A DNA stretch of 42,439 bases from an uncultured Phycisphaerales bacterium (GTDB lineage Bacteria; Planctomycetota; Phycisphaerae; Phycisphaerales; SM1A02): contig CALKEP010000039.1 in NCBI GenBank assembly GCA_938084645.1, positions 1-42,439 on the forward strand, in the 5' to 3' direction. The notes beneath the pieces are model-generated. The model worked only from the letters and a program-made list of their open reading frames with translations. It had not been told where the DNA came from and searched no databases. The stretch's first letter is position 1; each line of letters begins with the position of its first letter. Shown one piece after another: positions 9,039 through 15,671 of the stretch. Both the position numbers and the translations under genes were made by a program.

Positions 9039-11180
9039 TCAATACGGGCATCGTGCGAGCAGCAACCGGGGATCCTCGATGACCCGATGCAGGTATCGAC
9101 CGAGCGAGTCGGGACGCACCACCGTCGAAACCCGTTTCGACCAGGCTTCACCGGCCGTTCCCGGGATTCCATCGACCTCGAGCAGCCGTGCCGATCGGTG
9201 GGCCAGCACCCGCTGGATACTCCCCGCCCCCCGGTCGGGCGAGGTATCCGAGGATCCCGAATGGGCGTCGATCGCGGCGATCAGGATCTGGTGGATCGAC
9301 GCCCGATCGAGGATCGCGTCGCCGTCGAGCCGAAGCATCCAGCCTGCGATCGCCGGAAGCGGATGCGGAGGTTCCTCGTCGCGGACCGCGGATGCGAGTT
9401 CGAAGAGCCGATCACCGGCTGCCCGCAGCATGTCCGAACCCGCATCGCCCCTGAGCCATCGCCATTGCACCCATGCGAGCAGGTCGTACGAACCCAGATC
9501 CGCGATGCCTCCGGATTCCCGCTCCATCCACGGCGTTCGGGCCGAGAACAGGCCTTCGAGTCGCCCCTGATCGGGACGCCACGACAGCCGATCGAACGCT
9601 CGAGGATCCTGCAGGGACGCGAACGTGACGAGGTGCTCGATCCAGAAATTCTCCTGTCGACGGAGATTGGTGTTTCCAAGGCGAAGGCGTCGGCCTGCAT
9701 ACGTCTCGAGCAACGATGTCCAACGGGATTCGTGGGCGAGGCAGTCGCCGAGCGCAGCCTCGCACGAGACCACGTCGAGCTCCAACCGACCGAGGTACAG
9801 GCGCTGTCGGGCCCGCGTGTTGGCGAGAAAGATGCGTTGCATCGACTGATTGGTCGTGCACCATCGGTCATCGAGGTCGGCGAGTCGACGCCCGAGCACC
9901 GCGTGCGGCCCCGTCTCGTCACCGTCGTCCGTCAACACACCCTGGTCGATCGCGATCACGGCACGATGCGCCGCCTGTTCGTAGAGGAGATGGTCGCCGA
10001 GAACGCCATCGGGCAGATCATCGAGGCCCCGATAGCGATTCGCGATCTCGAACCAGACGGACGCCTCTTCGGAACGCCCGGCATGCAGGTTCTTGCGACT
10101 CCGGATGTCAGCGGCCATCAGGGCCAGGATCGAGTCCACACGCCCATCTTCACCCGGCGGGTCGAGCACTTCGTGGTCACCCCCGCCGGCGTCGATTCCA
10201 CCGCACCGGCGTTCGACCTCGGCGTCGAAGCGAACTGGCAGAAAGGGCGCGGTCGCATCGTGGACCGCCTCCAGCGTGGTCGCCAGATTCCGGGCCACGT
10301 GTCGATCGTAGAGCCCGAGCGCCTGCCGCAGGACCTCCACTCTCGGCGCCGCGGCGATCTCCTCGACCACGCGAATCGGAAGGGCCGCGGGATCGGCCGG
10401 CAACGCCTGCAGCTCGATTCCCCGCCAGGTCGGACACGCCCCGGCGGCGGACGCCGGAAGGACCTCGGGAATGCCATCGAACGCCTGCCCCTCGACGATC
10501 ATGATCCGTCGGAGACCCCACCGTTCGGCGGCCGCGAGCTTGGCGGCCAGGGTCTCCGCCGGGACCGGCTTGAAGCTTCCGGAATCGACGTCGTAGCCGC
10601 CGGTCGCGGCCGTCGAGGCACGACATCGACATCCGAAGAGCGCAAGCACGCACGCGATTCCGGCGGCGAGCGCGTGACTGTCGCCGACACCCTCGCGCGG
10701 AATCGCGATCTCGAACTCGGGCGGCGCCGCCTCTGGAGCCAGCACGCGGTGCACCTCCATCAGCCGATCGACCACTCGCTGGACCACCTCTTCACCGGCG
10801 TGGAGCGGCGCCCCGGACATTCGGACCTTCGCGTGTCCGGAGAAACGGGAAGCCCCCCGTGCCGCGACATGACCGATGCGGCCCGGCGGGTCCGTGCGGG
10901 TCGCCGCGAGGAGAAACACCGTCGCGTCCGCAAGGGAAACAGCGCCGATCTCCGGGTGCAGTTCCGGCGCGAACACCGGCGTGGATCCGATCCGCTCGGC
11001 GAAGGCCCGATCGAGCGCGATCCAGCCTCGTGCCTCCGGACGATCGTGATGGCGATCTCGAAACACCGCGGGCGACGCACATTCATACACCTGCTGCCAG
11101 CTGATTCCACGGGCCGCATCCGGTGAATCCACCACCGTCGTCGTCTGATCGGCGTGCGTCACGGAACCGTGGTCGTTCAT
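9039..11180 (-). CDS. Lon-type (peptidase S16) Ser-Lys protease domain without AAA+ module, fused to a long helical TPR-like region
   Basis: GVGDS168HALAAGIACVLALFG...RASTAATGG...FKPV...LAAK214LAAAERWGLRRIMI aligns with the Lon proteolytic domain pattern GPSAG.A...RADVAMTGE...LPIGG..EKLLAA.R.GI..V.I. No Walker motifs. The C-terminal ~450 aa are Ala/Leu-rich helical repeats (LHAGRSEEA, NTRARQRLYLGR). Confidence 0.7.
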   Translation of the reverse strand: MNDHGSVTHADQTTTVVDSPDAARGISWQQVYECASPAVFRDRHHDRPEARGWIALDRAFAERIGSTPVFAPELHPEIGAVSLADATVFLLAATRTDPPGRIGHVAARGASRFSGHAKVRMSGAPLHAGEEVVQRVVDRLMEVHRVLAPEAAPPEFEIAIPREGVGDSHALAAGIACVLALFGCRCRASTAATGGYDVDSGSFKPVPAETLAAKLAAAERWGLRRIMIVEGQAFDGIPEVLPASAAGACPTWRGIELQALPADPAALPIRVVEEIAAAPRVEVLRQALGLYDRHVARNLATTLEAVHDATAPFLPVRFDAEVERRCGGIDAGGGDHEVLDPPGEDGRVDSILALMAADIRSRKNLHAGRSEEASVWFEIANRYRGLDDLPDGVLGDHLLYEQAAHRAVIAIDQGVLTDDGDETGPHAVLGRRLADLDDRWCTTNQSMQRIFLANTRARQRLYLGRLELDVVSCEAALGDCLAHESRWTSLLETYAGRRLRLGNTNLRRQENFWIEHLVTFASLQDPRAFDRLSWRPDQGRLEGLFSARTPWMERESGGIADLGSYDLLAWVQWRWLRGDAGSDMLRAAGDRLFELASAVRDEEPPHPLPAIAGWMLRLDGDAILDRASIHQILIAAIDAHSGSSDTSPDRGAGSIQRVLAHRSARLLEVDGIPGTAGEAWSKRVSTVVRPDSLGRYLHRVIEDPRLLLARCPY

Positions 11181-11284
11181 CTCGGATCATCTTCCCGGTC
11201 GCGGACCTTGGACCACCGCGATTCCGCGGCGAAGGCGAGGAGCGCACAGCGTATCGCAACCGGCCAGACTGACGGAACGATCGC

Positions 11285-12241
11285 TCAGACGAGAAAACGC
11301 CCCCCATCGTCGGTCCGCACCGCGATGTCGCCGTTGAGAATTCTCAAGATGGCTTCAAGCGGCATCTGATTGATCGCCGCGGTCCACAATCCGGGCTGAT
11401 CGGCGACTTCCTTCATCGGGAGGGTTCCAAGTCGGACGTGCCGAATCGCCTTCACCGCGCTGCCTTCGATACGCACGAATACGCCCCACCATTCATCGAG
11501 CACCGCCCGGACCTCGAGATCGAGCCCGCTCGGTGTCACGCCCCGCCCGTGTCGAGCATTGAATCGATCGAGCATCCGGGGCGATGGCCTGCCGCCATCG
11601 AAGTGGGCGAGTTCCGGGGCCGAATCGAAGACCGGCGACAACCGAATCGCCGGCATCTCCATCCGCGCCGCCAGAAGAAGATCCAGCTCATGAAGCGGGG
11701 TTGCCACGATCGCCAGGCGTGCGGCTGCGGGAACGGGCCACGCGATTCGCCGGTGCTCGACGATCTCGAACGCGAGATCGTCCAGAGGAATCTCTTCGGC
11801 GGCGCTCACCCAGAGCCGCAGCCAAGGCATCGAATCCTGCAGGAGGCCGGTGAGTTCGCCCTCGACCGCCAGCAGGCATGAAGCGTCCTCCGCATCGCAG
11901 ATCCCCTCCCCGAGCGGGATACCCGAGGACTCGTCCAGCACCGCGACGCCCGCCGCTGCGGCTTCGGCGACGACATCGGCCACGTGAACGCCGAGTCGCG
12001 TCGCGAGCCGGGGCCACGTCTGAAACGGTGTCGTGTCGCCACAGGCGGCGAGACGAGCGGCGCGGAGAAGCCAAGCGAAGAGGTCGCGTGCCTCCGGCGC
12101 GTCCTCAGCCGAATCGGCGGGTCGCTCGAGCCACGCGGACTCCGCGTCCAGTTCGCGGCGAAACTCGGCGAGCATCGCCGCGGTCTCGGCGGGATCGTTG
12201 GAGTCCGGGGAAGGTGAATCCGTCGTCGTTGGTCTGGTCAT
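11285..12241 (-). CDS. Hypothetical protein, 318 aa; acidic helical N-domain plus beta-rich C-domain; candidate anti-sigma factor / protease substrate
   Basis: ATG at 12241 follows a GAGGAAGGA RBS; protein-like composition; co-oriented between the sigma-like and Lon-like genes. The function is inferred from context only. Confidence 0.7.
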   Translation of the reverse strand: MTRPTTTDSPSPDSNDPAETAAMLAEFRRELDAESAWLERPADSAEDAPEARDLFAWLLRAARLAACGDTTPFQTWPRLATRLGVHVADVVAEAAAAGVAVLDESSGIPLGEGICDAEDASCLLAVEGELTGLLQDSMPWLRLWVSAAEEIPLDDLAFEIVEHRRIAWPVPAAARLAIVATPLHELDLLLAARMEMPAIRLSPVFDSAPELAHFDGGRPSPRMLDRFNARHGRGVTPSGLDLEVRAVLDEWWGVFVRIEGSAVKAIRHVRLGTLPMKEVADQPGLWTAAINQMPLEAILRILNGDIAVRTDDGGRFLV

Positions 12242-12454
12242 GGGTTGTCCTTCCTCGACGACGCTGCCCGTCGCGAGGCGAGAGGTGGCCCGCCGACGAG
12301 GGCGGGATCTCGGTCGAGAATTCTGCATGCAGGGCGACGCGAATCGCCGGTCCGGACGATCGCAGCCGCACGTCGCCGTCCAGCGATGCGTCGAACGAAC
12401 GACCACCAGCCGCCGGGCGGTCGATGGGGTCGATTCGATCTTGAAGACGCACGT

Positions 12455-13087
12455 TCACGTGGTGGACTCCGGACCCCAGTCCGCCTCACCGTCGTGTATC
12501 GCGACGAGACGCTCCTGGTGGTGTCGATGCCGGTCGAGCATCCGGGATCGGATGCCCCTGGTGAAACGGCCGACCGACGACTTCACATCGTGCCGGAAAC
12601 CGCTCCAGAGGGTGTACGCGGCGGGTACGTCGTCCCTGACCGGAATTCCGGCGACGATCCGGATTTTCTCTTCGGAAGACCAGGCGACCACGACCCTTCG
12701 TGACACTCGATATCCGAACGCCCGCATCCGCTTCTCCGGCGTCGGAGGTGACGTGATCTCGAAGGTGACGATGTGGACGTGATGAGACGCGGTTCGAACC
12801 GCGGCCAGCAGCCGGTCCGACAGGAGGGACTCGTAGGCCCGAGCGAGCCGTTCGAACCGAGGATCCGAGGTCCCGTCGCCGTGATCCCGCTCGGCCGCCC
12901 TCGCCGCGTCGAGAAGATCCTGACCGAGCAGGTCCCACCAGCGCTCCGCCCGTGTCCCGAGAACGTGCTTGCGGACATGCTCGTCGCGCCTTCTCCGCGA
13001 GGCGAATCGCAGTGGGCTCGATGGCTCCACCGGCGATTCGACGGCGAGGAGGGATGCGAGATCGAGATGGATGTCCGTGGCCGTCAT
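12455..13087 (-). CDS. Hypothetical protein, 210 aa, with F..HxxKH motif; possible BECR-fold RNase
   Basis: The ATG overlaps the upstream stop (ATGA at 13084-13087), implying translational coupling. Motif order is RF.S....DEHVRKHV, a helix containing Y, several beta strands and YTLWSGFR. Confidence 0.7.
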   Translation of the reverse strand: MTATDIHLDLASLLAVESPVEPSSPLRFASRRRRDEHVRKHVLGTRAERWWDLLGQDLLDAARAAERDHGDGTSDPRFERLARAYESLLSDRLLAAVRTASHHVHIVTFEITSPPTPEKRMRAFGYRVSRRVVVAWSSEEKIRIVAGIPVRDDVPAAYTLWSGFRHDVKSSVGRFTRGIRSRMLDRHRHHQERLVAIHDGEADWGPESTT

Positions 13088-14091
13088 TCGTCGGAGCCCT
13101 CGGACTCGGCGAGGCTTCTCGACAACAGCCCGCCCACCATCGGAAAGAGCGTGGCCCGCGCGGACCGATAGTTCGAATTCCGTTTCTCACCGGCGTTCAA
13201 CGAGGGAAGCCCGAGGAGATCCCGAAGCCGCTCGCTCGAAAGCGGTTCGAAGATCCACCGGGCATGCAGTTCCGTGCGACGCCGATCGATCTCGTCGAGG
13301 CGCTTGTGGCCCATGCCCGGATGGCCCGCGATTTCGTCGTCGCAGGCGATGAGCTCCCGGCGAACATCGTCCCATCCCTCGCGAATCGCCGTCTCCACTG
13401 CCGCCACGCCGCCCACCACATCGCCCTCAAGACGCTTCAGGAAGACCGCTCGATCATCCATGTCCGGGTCGAGCAGGAGCCAGGTGTGCAGGGCCGCCGT
13501 CATCTCGACCGCATTCGGCCGCGGGCCGCGGATCTCCAGTCGAAGAACGGGTTCATGATCGAGCAGTGAATGCAGCAGATCGAATCCCGCCGCCGACCCG
13601 CCGTCGTTTCGCCCCTCGATCGTCCCGCCCCAGCCGCCGTCGGGCCCCGTATCGAAGGAGCCCGGCCCCCGGACCCCCTCGGGAAGCCCCACCATGCCGC
13701 CCCGTCCCGCGCTTCGTACGAAGGACACCGCACGCCGCCGGACGAATGAGCGGGCCGCGATCCGTTGGAGCGTCTCCTCCTTCTCGAGGTCGAGAAACTC
13801 AGGGTTGCGATAGAGACCGTCGGCGCGGCGCCGATCCGCGTCCGCGGCGAGTTCGGCCACGAAGTCCTCCGCGGCGGCGGTATCGGTCGAGAAGAGGTCT
13901 TGAAACTTCGGCCGCACCCGGTGGCTTCCAGGATCGGCCCGACGCCCGGACAGGACGATGTCCCAGATCCGCGTCTCCACCGCCACCCAGAAGGCGCCCG
14001 CCACGGACGGATCTTCCGTCCCGGCGACGATCGCCTCGACGATCACCCGCCATCCCTCCGATTCCTGACTTGATCCGGGTTGCTCGCCCAC
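13084..14091 (-). CDS. Divergent sigma-70/ECF-like RNA polymerase sigma factor
   Basis: Region-2-like segments IVEAIVAG..D...AFW, AAEDFVAEL and FVRRRAVSFVR; linker SFD; C-terminal region-4.2-like HTH LSSERLRDLLGLPSLNAGEKRNSNYR. GTG at 14091 follows GAGGAGG. An alternative ATG is at 14157. Confidence 0.6.
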   Translation of the reverse strand: MGEQPGSSQESEGWRVIVEAIVAGTEDPSVAGAFWVAVETRIWDIVLSGRRADPGSHRVRPKFQDLFSTDTAAAEDFVAELAADADRRRADGLYRNPEFLDLEKEETLQRIAARSFVRRRAVSFVRSAGRGGMVGLPEGVRGPGSFDTGPDGGWGGTIEGRNDGGSAAGFDLLHSLLDHEPVLRLEIRGPRPNAVEMTAALHTWLLLDPDMDDRAVFLKRLEGDVVGGVAAVETAIREGWDDVRRELIACDDEIAGHPGMGHKRLDEIDRRRTELHARWIFEPLSSERLRDLLGLPSLNAGEKRNSNYRSARATLFPMVGGLLSRSLAESEGSDE

Positions 14092-14175
14092 CGCACCTCC
14101 TCGTCGCCGACGCCCGTTCGAGCCCGCCCGTACCGCACGGGTGGCCGTCGACATCATCGCCGAAAACGCCGGGCC

Positions 14176-14736
14176 TCACCCGGCGGGCCAGAGCAGGGCG
14201 AGGACCGCCGCGTTGAGCCCCGCTGAAACGGTCGCATCGAGCAGGTCGGTCAACATGAACCGGACCGGTTTTCCAAGAAACGACGCGCCACACAACGGCC
14301 CGACCCCGTAGGCGAGGAATCCGATCATCAGGGCGGGCCCGAACACCGCACCGAACGTGGCCGCGTCGGTGACGGCCAGCGAGACCACCCACGCGGAGCC
14401 GAAGGCGATCAGGAGGTAGAGGACCATCGACAACCCGAGATTCGCCCCGAAATTGGGCTTCGAAGGCCGAATCGTCAGCGTTCCCCAGGGCCCTTGGCGA
14501 TAGCGGGCGAGGAACGCTTCGCTTCGATAGTCCGCGGGATCCTCGCAGTTCGGAAACATGTAGAGGCCCGGTTCGATGTCCATGGCGGCGATGGCCTCCA
14601 CCAACGGAACTTCGTTCGGAAGCGGCCGGATGTCGCGGCGGTGATGCGGCAGAACCATCCAGGCGAGGAAGCTGTACGCGAACACGGCGACCGCCGCGAG
14701 CAGCACGGGGAGCAGGAGCGACGCGATCAGGATCAT
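14176..14736 (-). CDS. Hypothetical membrane protein (about 4 TM)
   Basis: GGAGG RBS; hydrophobic segments; WMVLPHHRRD..PLP.E, PGLYMFP and GPWG motifs. Confidence 0.85.
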   Translation of the reverse strand: MILIASLLLPVLLAAVAVFAYSFLAWMVLPHHRRDIRPLPNEVPLVEAIAAMDIEPGLYMFPNCEDPADYRSEAFLARYRQGPWGTLTIRPSKPNFGANLGLSMVLYLLIAFGSAWVVSLAVTDAATFGAVFGPALMIGFLAYGVGPLCGASFLGKPVRFMLTDLLDATVSAGLNAAVLALLWPAG

Positions 14737-14797
14737 GATCCACCTCCGGTCCCAGTCTGTCGTCGCTTCGCGGCGGCGTCAATTCGAACGCGCCGCG

Positions 14798-15637
14798 TCA
14801 GCCCAGACGGTAGATCCGCCTCGCGTTCCCTTCGAGAACCGCCGCTTGAACCGCCTCGGGGTGATCCGCGAGGAGTGATCGCGTCGCCGTCACCCAGCGT
14901 TCGAGCGATCCTCCCAGCTCGCACACCGGCCAGTTGCTGCCCCAGAAGAGACGGTCCGCCCCGAACCGCTCGAACGCGAGATCGAGAAACGGCCGGAAGG
15001 TCTCCGCCGTCCATTCCGCCCCGGAGGAACACTCGATGAGTCCCGACAGCTTCGCGACCACGTTCCCCCGGTCGGCGATCCGCCGCAGCCCTTCCGCCCA
15101 GACCGGCGTCACCCCCGACGTGACCTCCGGTCGTCCGAGATGATCGAGCACGAAGCGCGTCCTCGGACACGCGTCCACCAGTGCGGTCGCGGCTTCAAGC
15201 TGATCCGGTCGGACGCACAGTTCGAAATGCAGACCTCGTTCGCCGAGAAGAACCAGATCGTCGACGAGCCCGGCGGTGAGGAACGCTCCCGGAACGCCGT
15301 CGAGGCCATGGAAGACGCGTCGCAATCCGACCACGCCCGGACATCGGCCGAGGCGATCCAGCCAGGCCTTGAAACCGGGTTCGCCGGGCCGGCCACCGAC
15401 CACCGACGCCCGCACCAACGGCGAGACATCCATCACGGCCGCCACCTCGCCCATCTCGCGATCGAGTTCCGCCTCGTTCACATCACTCTCGACGTGGACC
15501 GCCGCGGTGATGCCGAGCGTCGACGCCATCGACTGGTAGTCACCGAGCAGGAACGGGCGATCCAGCTCCGGGACGCCGGCGAGCCAGGACCTTCGGATCG
15601 TGGCCGGATCCCAGAGATGAAGATGCGTGTCGATCAT
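14798..15637 (-). CDS. Amidohydrolase family protein (amidohydro_2; L-fuconolactonase-like)
   Basis: IDTHLHLWD, VVGLRR, FVLDHLGRP, NVVAKLSG, FG.DRL.WGSNWPV and NARRIY motifs; GAGGAG RBS. Confidence 0.92.
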   Translation of the reverse strand: MIDTHLHLWDPATIRRSWLAGVPELDRPFLLGDYQSMASTLGITAAVHVESDVNEAELDREMGEVAAVMDVSPLVRASVVGGRPGEPGFKAWLDRLGRCPGVVGLRRVFHGLDGVPGAFLTAGLVDDLVLLGERGLHFELCVRPDQLEAATALVDACPRTRFVLDHLGRPEVTSGVTPVWAEGLRRIADRGNVVAKLSGLIECSSGAEWTAETFRPFLDLAFERFGADRLFWGSNWPVCELGGSLERWVTATRSLLADHPEAVQAAVLEGNARRIYRLG

Positions 15638-15671
15638 CGCGGGCGCTCCTCGCCTGCCCCCCGCCTCCCCG

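Noticed and set aside
8316..11126. Very long alternative ORFs (e.g. 8316-11126 +, 15627-18260 +, 24536-27145 -, 32880-35300 +)
   Set aside because: Antisense or off-frame shadows of real genes, expected in very GC-rich DNA; Arg/Pro/Gly-rich with no family motifs.
11285..13087. Stop-codon readthrough or selenocysteine fusion of genes 2 and 3 (same frame, separated by a single TGA at 12455-12457)
   Set aside because: The intervening 71 codons translate as non-protein-like Arg/Ser/Pro-rich sequence, gene 3 has its own RBS and ATG, and stop-free stretches of this length are common at this GC content.
14176..14736. Membrane protein as a fifth member of the sigma/Lon cluster
   Set aside because: It is co-oriented and close, but looks like a widespread standalone membrane protein continuing the glgP-amidohydrolase run; no evidence of linkage beyond adjacency.
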